DNA of 64,000 nt from Bacteroidales bacterium (GCA_007129255.1 SKVW01000059.1:2204-66203), one strand, 5' to 3'. Shown: positions 32,099-42,370, counted from the stretch's first letter. The notes: generated from the letters alone by a model not told the origin. Made by a program: numbers and translations.

Positions 32099-34198
32099 TT
32101 ATGCTTTAACACCAAATAATTTATAAATAACCTCATCTGCAATTTCCCTGGGTGTTTGCTCATAATGAGAAAACTCCATAGTTGAAGTTGCCCGGCCACT
32201 GGTAAGAGTACGCAGGTTGGTTACATACCCGAACATTTCTGCCAAAGGCACATTGGCCTGAATAACCTGAAGGTTGGCCCTGTTGGAAATCCCGGACAGT
32301 TGCCCTCTTCTGCGGTTCAAATCGCCTACCACATCACCCACATATTCTTCAGGGGTTAACACTTCCAGTTTCATTAAGGGCTCCAGCAGAACAGAATTGC
32401 CTTTTTTGCAGGCATTGCGAAAGGCAATTTTTGCTGCAAGTTCAAAAGCAAGGGCATCGGAGTCCACCGAATGATAAGATCCATCCAGCAACCTGACTTT
32501 CAGGCTTTCCACCGGGAATCCCGCCAATACACCATTTTGCATAGCCTGCTTAAACCCTTTTTCTATAGAGGGGATGAATTCCTTGGGAATATTGCCGCCC
32601 TTAACTTCATCTAAGAATTGAAGTCCGGTAACGCCATCATCGGCAGGACCGATTTCGCATACAATATCTGCAAATTTTCCTCTTCCACCGGTTTGCTTCT
32701 TATAGACCTCGCGATGCTTGACGGTTGTTGTAAGGGCTTCTTTATAAGCCACCTGGGGTACTCCCTGGTTGCATTCCACCTTAAACTCTCTCACCAAACG
32801 ATCCATAAGGATTTCCAGGTGAAGTTCACCCATACCGCTGATAATGGTCTGTCCGCTATCGGGATCGGTTTTAACCAAAAAGGTGGGATCTTCTTCCGAA
32901 AGCTTAGTCAAAGCCAGGGTAAGCTTGTCTACATCGGCCTGGGTTTTGGGCTCAATGGCCACACTGATCACAGGCTCGGGAAAAGTCATAGACTCCAGTA
33001 AGATGGGGTGTTTTTCGTCACAAAGGCTATCCCCGGTATGAATGCTTTTAAAACCAACCGCTGCTCCAATATCCCCGGCTTCAATCTGCTCCACAGGGTT
33101 TTGCTTGTTGGCATGCATCTGTACGATCCTTGAAATGCGTTCTTTCTTTTTGGTAGAGGCATTCCATATATAAGACCCGGATTTTAGGGTGCCGCTGTAA
33201 ACCCTGAAAAAACAAAGCCGCCCCATATAAGGGTCGGTGGCAATTTTGAAGGCCAGGGCAGCAAAAGGTGCATCGGCCTTGGCTTCGCGCTTCTCGGTTT
33301 TTTCCGTTTTGGGGTTAATACCTGAAATGGCTTCCACATCAATAGGGGCAGGAAGGAATTTTATGACGGCATCCAACAGGGTTTGGATACCTTTGTTTTT
33401 AAAAGCAGAGCCACATAATACCGGGGTAATTCTCAGGTCGATGGTGGCTTTGCGGATAATATCAAGCATTTCCTCTTCCGAAATGCTTTCAGGATTTTCA
33501 ATAAATTTTTCAAGAAGTTCCTCACTTTCTTCGGCACAGCCTTCAATGAGCTTTGTGCGGTATTCCTGCACTGTTTCAAGCATATCATCAGGAATGGGAA
33601 CTTCTACAAAAACAGAACCTAAAGATTGTTCTTCCCATTCGTAGGCTTTGTTGTTGATCAGGTCAATGATCCCCTTGAAGTTTTCTTCGCTGCCAATGGG
33701 AATTTGCAGTGGAACGGCATTCATTCCCAAGCGTTTGTTGATCTGGTTTAGTACCGCAAAAAAGTCGGCCCCGGCCCTGTCCATCTTATTGATGAAGCTG
33801 ATACGGGGTACTTTATATTTATCGGCCTGGCGCCAGACGGTTTCAGACTGGGGTTCTACGCCTCCCACGGCACAAAAAAGGGCAATGGCCCCATCCAGCA
33901 CCCTGAGACTGCGCTCTACCTCCACGGTAAAGTCCACGTGCCCGGGGGTATCGATTATATTTACCTTGTATTGTTTATCCTTGAAAGGCCAGAATGTAGT
34001 GGTGGCAGCCGAGGTGATGGTAATGCCGCGCTCCTGTTCCTGAACCATCCAGTCCATGGTAGCGGCACCGTCATGCACTTCGCCGAGGCGATGGGTCACA
34101 CCGGTATAAAATAAAATACGCTCGGTAGTGGTAGTCTTACCGGCGTCGATGTGCGCCATAATGCCTATGTTGCGTGTATATTGTAAATCTCTGGCCAT
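32099..34198 (-). CDS. fusA: Elongation factor G
   Basis: [28 protein letters not shown] and NKMDR motifs. The 699-aa product lies between rpsG and rpsJ. No tuf follows, as is usual in Bacteroidota. Confidence 0.97.
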   Translation of the reverse strand: MARDLQYTRNIGIMAHIDAGKTTTTERILFYTGVTHRLGEVHDGAATMDWMVQEQERGITITSAATTTFWPFKDKQYKVNIIDTPGHVDFTVEVERSLRVLDGAIALFCAVGGVEPQSETVWRQADKYKVPRISFINKMDRAGADFFAVLNQINKRLGMNAVPLQIPIGSEENFKGIIDLINNKAYEWEEQSLGSVFVEVPIPDDMLETVQEYRTKLIEGCAEESEELLEKFIENPESISEEEMLDIIRKATIDLRITPVLCGSAFKNKGIQTLLDAVIKFLPAPIDVEAISGINPKTEKTEKREAKADAPFAALAFKIATDPYMGRLCFFRVYSGTLKSGSYIWNASTKKKERISRIVQMHANKQNPVEQIEAGDIGAAVGFKSIHTGDSLCDEKHPILLESMTFPEPVISVAIEPKTQADVDKLTLALTKLSEEDPTFLVKTDPDSGQTIISGMGELHLEILMDRLVREFKVECNQGVPQVAYKEALTTTVKHREVYKKQTGGRGKFADIVCEIGPADDGVTGLQFLDEVKGGNIPKEFIPSIEKGFKQAMQNGVLAGFPVESLKVRLLDGSYHSVDSDALAFELAAKIAFRNACKKGNSVLLEPLMKLEVLTPEEYVGDVVGDLNRRRGQLSGISNRANLQVIQANVPLAEMFGYVTNLRTLTSGRATSTMEFSHYEQTPREIADEVIYKLFGVKA

Positions 34199-34220
34199 CT
34201 ATTCAATCAAAAACTATTCT

Positions 34221-34688
34221 TTAAAATCTAAAGTGAGAGAAAGCTTTGTTGGCATCAGCCATACGGTGTGTATCTTCTTTTCTTTTATATGCAGCACCTT
34301 CTTCTTTGCTGGCTGCAATTATTTCTCCGGCAAGTTTGGCTGCCATACCTTTTTCATTGCGCTTGCGGGAAAAATTGATCATGTGCTTGATACCGATAGA
34401 CATCTTGCGGTCGGGGCGGATCTCAGAAGGAATCTGAAAAGTGGCTCCGCCAATACGACGACTACGCACCTCAACAGCAGGAGTAACATTGGCCAGGGCT
34501 TTTTTGAAAACCTCCAGGCCATCTTCCTTGGTCTTTTCGGAAACAATGTCAATGGCTTCGTAAAAAATATTAAAAGCCAAATTCTTTTTGCCCTTAAGCA
34601 TCAGGTTGTTTACAAAACGGGTGACCAAAATGTCATTAAACCTTGGATCGGGCAGCAATATTCGCTTCTTGGGTTTGGACTTTCTCAT
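34221..34688 (-). CDS. rpsG: 30S ribosomal protein S7
   Basis: [31 protein letters not shown]. Confidence 0.97.
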   Translation of the reverse strand: MRKSKPKKRILLPDPRFNDILVTRFVNNLMLKGKKNLAFNIFYEAIDIVSEKTKEDGLEVFKKALANVTPAVEVRSRRIGGATFQIPSEIRPDRKMSIGIKHMINFSRKRNEKGMAAKLAGEIIAASKEEGAAYKRKEDTHRMADANKAFSHFRF

Positions 34689-34717
34689 GTTATTTGAAAA
34701 ATTTTATGCTTGCTTTA

Positions 34718-35098
34718 TTATTTCTTTGCCTTTGGCCTTTTGGTACCATATTTCGACCGCCTTTGATTGCGCCCTTCAACCCCACTGGTATCCAATGCAC
34801 CCCGAACAATGTGATAACGAACACCGGGCAAATCCTTTACCCTGCCACCACGTAACAACACGATGGAGTGCTCCTGAAGGTTATGACCTTCTCCGGGGAT
34901 ATAAGCATTCACCTCTTTTCCATTGGTCAACCTCACCCTGGCCACTTTTCTCATGGCAGAATTAGGTTTTTTGGGGGTAGTGGTATATACCCTAACACAA
35001 ACACCCCGACGCTGGGGACAAGAATCCAAAGCGGGTGACTTGCTTTTGTATGTCACCTTTTGGCGGCCTTTACGAACCAATTGCTGTATTGTTGGCAT
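34718..35098 (-). CDS. rpsL: 30S ribosomal protein S12
   Basis: [12 protein letters not shown]...[35 protein letters not shown]. Confidence 0.97.
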   Translation of the reverse strand: MPTIQQLVRKGRQKVTYKSKSPALDSCPQRRGVCVRVYTTTPKKPNSAMRKVARVRLTNGKEVNAYIPGEGHNLQEHSIVLLRGGRVKDLPGVRYHIVRGALDTSGVEGRNQRRSKYGTKRPKAKK

Positions 35099-35168
35099 TT
35101 GTAATGTAAATTTTGTAAAAACTTCGTTTCTATTAAGTTAAATATGACCCTCTCTAATTTTGGGAGTG

Positions 35169-35176
35169 CAAAGGTA
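35169..35176 (-). promoter_or_regulatory. Bacteroidota -7 box TACCTTTG(CA), candidate str-operon promoter
   Basis: The plus strand reads caaaggta, so the minus strand reads TACCTTTGCA, about 70 nt upstream of the rpsL ATG. Confidence 0.5.
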
Positions 35177-35456
35177 AAAGTTATTTTTTGAAAACCAATA
35201 TGGTTTCAAAATAATTTTGGCCTGCGGAGCACTTTTATCCCACTCAAAAAAAAAACCTTCGCTTTTTTTGAAAGTTAAAAAAATGAAATTTCTCTGTAGA
35301 TCAGAAAGATTGCATTCCTGTTTTTGAGGGGCACAAAGTTAGAAATATTTTTTGTAATTCAGCACCTTTGTGCAATAGAATATAAATATTTCAGGGAAAT
35401 TTTGAAAGAAAATAAGGGAAGCAGGAAATGGATCCAAAATCGATTGCTCCCTACCA

Positions 35457-35561
35457 GGAAGCTGAAAACTGCTGCGCAGGTTCCCGGTGCCTGACCAAAA
35501 GGAACTGGAAGCTTCCGGGATAGGAACTTTATCACGGAAGTTGGAAATTGCTGCGCAAGTT
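35457..35561. repeat. Imperfect 26-nt direct repeat pair within a GGAAG/CTTCC-rich field
   Basis: ggaagctgaaaactgctgcgcaggtt (35457-35482) versus ggaagttggaaattgctgcgcaagtt (35536-35561), 79 nt apart, with a shared core TGCTGCGCA. Related inverted copies are gcaacttccagctgg (35581-35595) and caacttgaaatttcc (35601-35615). Confidence 0.7.
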
Positions 35562-35629
35562 TTTTGTTTCAGGCGAAAAAGCAACTTCCAGCTGGCAAAG
35601 CAACTTGAAATTTCCATTGCGGGGAAGCC

Positions 35630-35679
35630 CCCTTAAGGAAGCCGGAAGTCCCTCAGGGAGTTTCCGGCTTCCTTAAGGG
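35630..35679 (-). terminator. Very stable hairpin immediately after the hydrolase gene (terminator-like; no clean U-tract on the minus strand)
   Basis: A perfect 18-bp stem: cccttaaggaagccggaa (35630-35647) pairs with ttccggcttccttaaggg (35662-35679). The 14-nt loop is partly self-complementary. The gene stop is at 35686. Confidence 0.55.
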
Positions 35680-35685
35680 ATAATT

Positions 35686-36789
35686 TTAATATCTGTAGGC
35701 GGCTCTTTCCATTTCGCCCACATTGCGGAATTTTTTAGGCGGATCAAGGTATCTTTCCAAAAACTTGTAAATCTTAAACCGGATGTCTCTTCCCATGCGA
35801 TGATCCATGCGGTCAAACGAATGCCCTCCGGGAATATCTTCAAATATCTGGTATTCAAACTCCTTGTTTTCTACCTTGAGGGTATTGATCAGGTTTTGAA
35901 CTTCCAATACATGCACATCCTCATCAATGGTGTTGGTATGGATCAGCAAAGGGATTTCCAGCTTGTGGGCATGGTAAACCGGGGAACGCCGGCGGTATTC
36001 CTCAATGTTTTCATGTACGGCCTGCCCGATGTGGTGGTCGGCGGCAAACCAGTCCATTTCATATGCCGGGCGCTTGTAGCCCATGCGGGCAATGAGGTCG
36101 CTGACGGGCACCCCGGCAAAAATACACCGGTAGTCATCCGGGTGGTCAAATCCAACCATCAGGGAGATCATCCCCCCGTGACTCCAGCCGATAAGACCTA
36201 CCCTGTCAGGGTCCACGATGTTGTAATTTTCAACCATCATTTTCATGCTTTCGTGCACATCATCATTTTCCAGGCCGCCGTAGTCAATAAGCTGGTGATG
36301 CCCTTTTCCATATCCCGTGCTTCCCCTGTATTCGGGGGCCACTACAATGTATTGCTGGGCCATGAGCTCACGGATGATATGGGTATAATAGGTGTTGAAG
36401 TCGCCATGCACTCCTCCGTGGGGAAAAACCAGCAAGGGATATTTTTTGGAAGGGTCAATGTCTTTGGGGACGAACACATAGGCCCAGAACTTAATGGGAT
36501 TAGATCCCCTTAAAGTGGTGGCCTTTTCTGCTCCCCGGGGCGGAGGGCCTGCCATAAACAGCTTGTCTATATGGGCCACATCACCCACCCGGTGAAACCA
36601 CCGAATATCGTCAATGGATTTTTCCAGCACATCAAAACGGTATCGCAGGTCGCGCAGCTCCCTTAGCAGTTCTTCCTGGCCTTTTTTCAGCTCATCATCA
36701 GCGGTTTGAGCCCATGAACTTCCGCTAAAAATAAGCATTAAAATAAACATGCACGCGGGAAGCCATTTGAAATAATTGTTGAATTTCAT
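35686..36789 (-). CDS. Secreted alpha/beta hydrolase, prolyl oligopeptidase (S9) / dienelactone hydrolase-like catalytic domain
   Basis: Signal peptide (MFILMLIFSGSSWAQ), nucleophile elbow GWSHGG, and later Asp and His (IPGGHSF) in the order expected for the S9 triad. Confidence 0.8.
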   Translation of the reverse strand: MKFNNYFKWLPACMFILMLIFSGSSWAQTADDELKKGQEELLRELRDLRYRFDVLEKSIDDIRWFHRVGDVAHIDKLFMAGPPPRGAEKATTLRGSNPIKFWAYVFVPKDIDPSKKYPLLVFPHGGVHGDFNTYYTHIIRELMAQQYIVVAPEYRGSTGYGKGHHQLIDYGGLENDDVHESMKMMVENYNIVDPDRVGLIGWSHGGMISLMVGFDHPDDYRCIFAGVPVSDLIARMGYKRPAYEMDWFAADHHIGQAVHENIEEYRRRSPVYHAHKLEIPLLIHTNTIDEDVHVLEVQNLINTLKVENKEFEYQIFEDIPGGHSFDRMDHRMGRDIRFKIYKFLERYLDPPKKFRNVGEMERAAYRY

Positions 36790-36983
36790 AATGCAGTTGG
36801 TTTTGGTTATTTATTGTATTGCCTGAAGTTTTTTAATTGAGCGGGTAAATATATAAAGTATTTTTTCCACAAAAAAACTTTTCCGGATTGCCCTTTTGGC
36901 CTGAATTGAAAAATCCGGATAATTGGGTAAAAATTGTTGAAAAAACCACATTGGGGTAAACAGCAGGCCACCATCAAATTTTC

Positions 36984-36991
36984 TATCTTTG
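36984..36991 (+). promoter_or_regulatory. Bacteroidota -7 box TATCTTTG(CA) upstream of the helicase gene
   Basis: The box ends 24 nt upstream of the ATG at 37015. Confidence 0.5.
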
Positions 36992-37014
36992 CAAATTAAA
37001 ACAAAAACAAGTCA

Positions 37015-39303
37015 ATGTCCGATTTTATAAAGGAACTTAACAAACCCCAGCAGGAAGCAGTAAAAGCAACAGAGGGCCCGGTAATGGTAATTGCCGGAGC
37101 CGGAAGCGGCAAAACCCGGGTGCTAACATACAGGGTTGCCTACCTGCTTAGCCAGCAAGTTCCTCCCTTCAATATTCTTGCCCTGACCTTTACCAATAAA
37201 GCAGCCCGGGAAATGCGCGAACGCATCGCCGCCCTGGTTGACCCTGCGAGGGCAAAAGGCCTGTGGATGGGTACCTTTCACAGCATTTTTGCCCGAATAC
37301 TCAGGGCAGAATCAGAAAAGATCAACTACCCCGCCAACTATTCCATTTACGACACCGAAGACTCAAAGCGGGTGATCCGCAATATATTGAAGGAGCAGAA
37401 CCTGGACGACAAAACCTATGCACCTGGCTTTGTGCTCAGCCGCATATCCAATGCAAAGAATAACCTGATCTCTGCGGTGGACTACAACGAGGACTTTGAA
37501 ATACAAACCCAGGACAACCAGATGCGCAAGCCAAAGCTGGGCTTGATCTACAGCCTTTACCAGCAAAAACTGCGGAAAGCATCGGCCATGGATTTTGATG
37601 ACCTGCTTTTTAACACCAACGTGTTGCTGCGCGATTTTCCGGATGTATTGTACAAATACCAGAAACGCTTCCGGTACGTGCTGGTAGACGAATACCAGGA
37701 CACCAACTTTTCACAGTACATTATTGTAAAAAAACTTGCGGCCGACAATGAAAATTTGTGTGTCGTGGGCGATGATGCCCAGAGCATTTACGCCTTTCGG
37801 GGGGCAAACATTGCCAATATTCTGAACTTTAAAAAGGATTATCCCGATTACAAGCTTTTTAAGCTGGAGCAAAACTACCGTTCAACCCAGAATATTGTAA
37901 GCGCCGCCAACAGCGTAATCTCCCATAACAAAGACCAGATTTTCAAGAAGGTATGGACCAGCAACGACTCGGGAGAAAAAATACAGATCATCAAAACGGC
38001 CACCGAAGGGGAAGAGGCATCCTGGATAGCTTCCAGGATCTTTGAAGCCTCCATGAACGAACAGCTGCGCAATGATGCCTTTGCCATCCTGTATCGTACC
38101 AACGCCCAGTCAAGAGCCCTGGAGGAGTCCCTGCGCAAACTCAACATTCCTTACAGGGTGTTTGGGGGGGTATCTTTTTACCAAAGAAAAGAGGTGAAAG
38201 ACCTGGTGGCTTATTTCAGGCTGGTGATCAATCCCATGGATGAAGAGGCCTTTTTAAGAGTGGTAAATTTCCCGGCCAGGGGCATCGGGCAAACTACCAT
38301 CAACAAGCTACAGGCCGCTGCCGGGGAAACAGGAAAACCTCTTTGGGAGGTGGCCAGCGATCCTGCAAAATTTAAGGTGCAGTTCAATGCCGGCACCTCT
38401 AAAAAATTGCAGGAATTCATTACCCTGATCAAAAGTTTTTATGGGCAGCTCTATAAGCTGAATGCTTTTGAATTGGGAGAAAAGATCGTAAACCAGACCG
38501 GTATCCGGAAGTTTTATTTCGAAGATGAATCGCCCGAAAGCATTAACCGCCGTGACAATATCGAGGAACTACTCAGCGGCCTGAAAGATTTTGTAAGCCA
38601 AACCGATGAGGATACCGATGAGCCTGCATTCCGAACCCTGGATGAGTTTATGCAGGATGTTGCTTTGCTCACCGATCAGGACACCAAAGACAAACCTGAG
38701 GATAAAAACAAGGTATCCCTGATGACCATCCATTCGGCCAAAGGACTGGAGTTTCCCTATGTTTTTATTGCCGGGGTGGAAGAAAATCTTTTCCCTTCGC
38801 AGCTGTCTATCAATAGCCGCACCGAGCTGGAAGAAGAAAGAAGGCTGTTTTATGTGGCACTGACCCGCGCCATGAAGCAGGCCACCATCAGCTATGCGGA
38901 AACCCGCTTCCGTTATGGCAATTTTAATTTTTGCGAACCCAGCCGCTTTATTGATGAGCTGGATCCCGAATTTCTGCATTACCTTGCCGGACCCCGCAAT
39001 CAAAAAAAGCAGCAGGTCCCCAAAGAAAGTTTTGAAGAAAGCCGGAAAAAATACCGGAAACTCACCGCCAATGAGCAAAACAAACCCGTCCTCTCAAATG
39101 CAGGGCCAACCGATAACAACGGCTTTGGGATATTAACCGCAGAGCAACTCCCCCCGGAAACCGAAGTACAACATCAGCGCTTTGGCACCGGCAAAGTGGT
39201 GAGCCTCGAAGGAAAAGGATTGAATGCAAAAGCTACCGTAATTTTTAATAACTTTGGGAAAAAGCAATTGCTCCTTAAATATGCACGCCTGAAAATTTTA
39301 TAA
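37015..39303 (+). CDS. ATP-dependent DNA helicase, UvrD/PcrA/Rep family
   Basis: Motif I AGAGSGKT; motif II VDEYQDTN; QNYRST; VSLMTIHSAKGLEF; VALTRA. A C-terminal Tudor-like tail is present (QRFGTGKVVSLEG). Confidence 0.93.
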   Translation: MSDFIKELNKPQQEAVKATEGPVMVIAGAGSGKTRVLTYRVAYLLSQQVPPFNILALTFTNKAAREMRERIAALVDPARAKGLWMGTFHSIFARILRAESEKINYPANYSIYDTEDSKRVIRNILKEQNLDDKTYAPGFVLSRISNAKNNLISAVDYNEDFEIQTQDNQMRKPKLGLIYSLYQQKLRKASAMDFDDLLFNTNVLLRDFPDVLYKYQKRFRYVLVDEYQDTNFSQYIIVKKLAADNENLCVVGDDAQSIYAFRGANIANILNFKKDYPDYKLFKLEQNYRSTQNIVSAANSVISHNKDQIFKKVWTSNDSGEKIQIIKTATEGEEASWIASRIFEASMNEQLRNDAFAILYRTNAQSRALEESLRKLNIPYRVFGGVSFYQRKEVKDLVAYFRLVINPMDEEAFLRVVNFPARGIGQTTINKLQAAAGETGKPLWEVASDPAKFKVQFNAGTSKKLQEFITLIKSFYGQLYKLNAFELGEKIVNQTGIRKFYFEDESPESINRRDNIEELLSGLKDFVSQTDEDTDEPAFRTLDEFMQDVALLTDQDTKDKPEDKNKVSLMTIHSAKGLEFPYVFIAGVEENLFPSQLSINSRTELEEERRLFYVALTRAMKQATISYAETRFRYGNFNFCEPSRFIDELDPEFLHYLAGPRNQKKQQVPKESFEESRKKYRKLTANEQNKPVLSNAGPTDNNGFGILTAEQLPPETEVQHQRFGTGKVVSLEGKGLNAKATVIFNNFGKKQLLLKYARLKIL

Positions 39304-39308
39304 TCAAT

Positions 39309-39331
39309 CCTTTAGCGGTAAAGGTTTATTT
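39309..39331 (+). terminator. Small intrinsic terminator after the helicase gene
   Basis: ccttta-gcgg-taaagg followed by tttattt. Confidence 0.55.
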
Positions 39332-39333
39332 AA

Positions 39334-39341
39334 TATATTTG
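39334..39341 (+). promoter_or_regulatory. TATATTTG(CA) -7 box, about 230 nt upstream of the DUF4290 gene
   Basis: Exact TAnnTTTGCA match. A weaker TATCTTTA box lies near 39524. Confidence 0.35.
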
Positions 39342-39571
39342 CACAAAACTTAAAAAACTGCAGCCCGTCAGGTCACTGTTTCTCCTTTTGCAGATTACTT
39401 TAATACCATAACAATTAAGTTTTTTTCCCGTTCTAATTTGTTAATTACAGGTTTGGGTTTTAACTGTTTACATAATTAAAAGTTCTTCTCAACATTCAAT
39501 TATTGAAAATCTTCCCGGTGCGTATCTTTAAAAATTGATCAGCTTCCGGACCCCAATCAATAAGCAACTAT

Positions 39572-40198
39572 ATGGAATATAACACTTCTCGTTCTAAAAT
39601 GAACATCTCTGAATATGGTCGAAATATTCAGAAAATGATTGAGTATATCATGAGTATTGATGATCGTGATAAACGCAATAAACTGGCAAGGGCCACCATC
39701 AATGTGATGGGCCAATTAAATCCTCATTTGCGGGATGTGAATGATTTCAAACACAAGCTTTGGGATCATTTGTTTATCATGTCTGATTTTAAGCTGGATG
39801 TGGATTCACCCTACCCCATCCCATCGCCTGAAACACTAACCCGCAAGCCTGAAATGCTGGAATACGCATCCAACAATATCACGTTCAGACATTATGGACG
39901 GCATATAGAGCGCATTATTGAAAAAGCCTGCGAAATGGAAGAGGGGCCCGAAAAACAGGCCCTGATCAAGCTCATTGCCAACCATTTGAAAAAATCTTTC
40001 CTTACCTGGAGCCGCGACTCAGTAAGCGATGAAGAAATTGCTTCCCACCTGGAAGTATTATCCAAAGGAAAACTTAAACTTACAGACAACATCCGCCTGA
40101 GCAATACAACGGATATCCTTTCCAAGCAAAAAAGAAAGAAATTCCAGGGGAAACCTTCCATCGGAAAATCCCACAACTACAAAGGCAAGAAAAACTGA
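39572..40198 (+). CDS. DUF4290-family protein (conserved Bacteroidota partner of murA)
   Basis: N-terminus MEYNTSRSKMNISEYGRNIQKMIEY, typical of the family as I recall it. It lies immediately upstream of murA. Confidence 0.75.
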   Translation: MEYNTSRSKMNISEYGRNIQKMIEYIMSIDDRDKRNKLARATINVMGQLNPHLRDVNDFKHKLWDHLFIMSDFKLDVDSPYPIPSPETLTRKPEMLEYASNNITFRHYGRHIERIIEKACEMEEGPEKQALIKLIANHLKKSFLTWSRDSVSDEEIASHLEVLSKGKLKLTDNIRLSNTTDILSKQKRKKFQGKPSIGKSHNYKGKKN

Positions 40199-40308
40199 TT
40201 TGTTTTATTTTTTGCAATACCTTCGTAAGCAAAAGTTTTTTATGATTTCTTTCCGGAAAGCAAGTCCGGAAGGCTATTGTATTATTAAACCATAAATGCC
40301 AGAACATC

Positions 40309-41613
40309 ATGGGCTCTTTTGAAATTATCGGTGGAAAAAAATTAAAAGGGGAAATCGTACCTCAGGGTGCCAAAAATGAAGCCCTGCAAATTATTTGCGC
40401 CACTTTGCTTACCCCGGAAGAAGTCATAATAGAAAACATTCCGGACATCAGGGATGTAAACAAACTGATTGAATTGCTCAAAGATTTCGGGGTTAAGGTT
40501 AAAAAAATTCAGGAAGGCACTTTTTCTTTTCAGGCCGATGCGGTAGACCTGGATTTTCTTCACACCGAAACTTACCTTAAAAAGGTGAGCCAATTGCGCG
40601 GATCGGTAATGATCGTCGGGCCCCTGCTGGCCCGGTTTGGCAAGGCATTTATTCCAAAACCCGGAGGAGATAAGATCGGGAGAAGGCGCCTGGACACCCA
40701 CTTTATCGGCCTGGAAAAACTCGGTGCCCGTTTTTATTATGATTCTGAAACCACCTTTTACCAGATAGAAGCCGGTGAACTTTCTGGATGCTATATGTTG
40801 CTGGATGAGGCCTCCGTCACAGGTACAGCCAACATCATTATGGCTGCCAGTTTGGCCAGGGGTAAAACCACCATTTATAATGCTGCCTGCGAGCCCTACC
40901 TGCAGCAGTTATGCAAGATGCTCAACCGCATGGGAGCCAACATTAGCGGGGTGGGGTCAAATCTTGTAACCATCGAAGGGGTTGACAACCTTGGGGGATG
41001 CAAACACCGAATGCTTCCCGACATGATCGAGATCGGCAGTTTTATTGGTTTGGCCGCCATGACACAGTCAGAAATTACCATCAAGGACGTTCGATATGAC
41101 CAATTGGGCCTGATACCGGAGGTTTTCCGTAAAATGGGAATAAACCTTGAATTGAGAGGAGACGACCTTTTTATCCCTCATCAGGATAGCTACCAGGTAG
41201 ATACTTATATTGACGGGAGCATTCTTACCATCAGCGATGCCCCATGGCCGGGGTTTTCACCCGACCTGCTCAGCATTATACTGGTGGTTGCCACACAAGC
41301 CAAAGGAAGCGTGTTGTTACATCAGAAAATGTTTGAAAGCCGCTTGTTTTTTGTGGACAAAATCATTGATATGGGAGCCCAGATCATTCTTTGTGACCCC
41401 CACCGGGCAACCGTGATCGGGCTCAACCGCCAATATCCTTTAAAAGCCCTGGAAATGACCTCCCCCGATATCCGAGCAGGAGTGGCTTTGCTTATTGCGG
41501 CATTGAGTGCCAAAGGAAAAAGCGTTATTCACAACATCGAACAAATCGACCGGGGTTACCAGCAAATTGATACCCGGCTGCAGAAACTGGGTGCCGAAAT
41601 CAAAAGATTATAA
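40309..41613 (+). CDS. murA: UDP-N-acetylglucosamine 1-carboxyvinyltransferase MurA (Asp in place of the fosfomycin-target Cys)
   Basis: G.KL.GEI...GAKNEALQI; the active-site loop KPGGDKIGRRRLD aligns with E. coli LPGGCAIGARPVD. The product is 434 aa. Confidence 0.95.
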   Translation: MGSFEIIGGKKLKGEIVPQGAKNEALQIICATLLTPEEVIIENIPDIRDVNKLIELLKDFGVKVKKIQEGTFSFQADAVDLDFLHTETYLKKVSQLRGSVMIVGPLLARFGKAFIPKPGGDKIGRRRLDTHFIGLEKLGARFYYDSETTFYQIEAGELSGCYMLLDEASVTGTANIIMAASLARGKTTIYNAACEPYLQQLCKMLNRMGANISGVGSNLVTIEGVDNLGGCKHRMLPDMIEIGSFIGLAAMTQSEITIKDVRYDQLGLIPEVFRKMGINLELRGDDLFIPHQDSYQVDTYIDGSILTISDAPWPGFSPDLLSIILVVATQAKGSVLLHQKMFESRLFFVDKIIDMGAQIILCDPHRATVIGLNRQYPLKALEMTSPDIRAGVALLIAALSAKGKSVIHNIEQIDRGYQQIDTRLQKLGAEIKRL

Positions 41614-41710
41614 ATCAATGGGTGACAAATTGTCCCGCTTTAATTATTGGCAAGCCATTTGTTGATTTCCGGGCAGTTTTTTTTACAAAATAATACAAGA
41701 AGGCTTTAAA

Positions 41711-42370
41711 ATGGAAGATAAACTGAAGAACAACCAGGAAGAAAACAATCTGGATACCAATCAGCCCTCCCAAGGGCAAAAAATAAAACAGGAGAATACT
41801 GACAATGCGTCAGAAAATATGGAAGCAAAGTCAAAACAACAGGAAAACAAGGAAAAAAATCAATCCGGCAGGGATTCTGTGCAATCCATGGAAGAAGAGC
41901 TGGAAAAGTTGCAAAATGAACACTTGGAAAAATTAAGTGAGCTGGAAAAGAAATTAGAAGAATCCAATGAAAAGTTTCTGAGGCTTTTTTCGGAATTTGA
42001 TAACTTCCGCAAGCGCACCAGCAAAGAGCGCATAGAATTGTCCAAAACGGCCTCGGCCGATATCATTGTTGCATTGCTGCCAGTGCTTGATGACCTGGAG
42101 CGTGCCGCGCAAGCCGAAAAAGAACAGGACCAGGACAATAACGGGGGTATTTCACTGATCTATAACAAGTTCAGGAAAATACTGGAGCAGAAGGGTGTAG
42201 AGGAGATTCCCACGGTGGGAGAAGAATTTAATACTGATTTTCATGAAGCCATTTCCCATGTTCCTGCAAAGGATAAAAAACAAAAAGGCAAAGTGATCGA
42301 AGAGGTTCAAAGAGGGTATCTGTTGAATGAGAAAGTGATCCGTTTTGCCAGGGTAGTGGTTGCCAATTAA
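41711..42370 (+). CDS. grpE: Nucleotide exchange factor GrpE
   Basis: Acidic N-terminus, coiled coil, RLFSEFDNFRKRT motif, and C-terminal beta domain (FHEAISHVP...GY.LNEKVIR.A.VVV). Confidence 0.93.
   Translation: MEDKLKNNQEENNLDTNQPSQGQKIKQENTDNASENMEAKSKQQENKEKNQSGRDSVQSMEEELEKLQNEHLEKLSELEKKLEESNEKFLRLFSEFDNFRKRTSKERIELSKTASADIIVALLPVLDDLERAAQAEKEQDQDNNGGISLIYNKFRKILEQKGVEEIPTVGEEFNTDFHEAISHVPAKDKKQKGKVIEEVQRGYLLNEKVIRFARVVVAN

Noticed and set aside
35339-35617. 92-aa minus-strand ORF, and a 31-aa + strand ORF (35428-35523, MDPKSIAPYQEAENCCAGSRCLTKRNWKLPG)
   Set aside because: Both are built from the GGAAG/CTTCC repeat field. Neither has a promoter box, family resemblance or plausible signal. 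The small Cys-containing ORF cannot be excluded but has no support beyond an ATG preceded by a purine-rich stretch.
41648-41662. Near sigma-54 promoter TGGCAA-gccat-TTGT, 50 nt upstream of grpE
   Set aside because: The -12 element is GT instead of the near-invariant GC, and position 6 of the -24 element also deviates. This is tempting given the DBD-less activator in the window, but not supportable from sequence alone.
41614-41710. Looked for a CIRCE (TTAGCACTC-N9-GAGTGCTAA) heat-shock operator upstream of grpE-dnaJ
   Set aside because: No match was found in this intergenic region.
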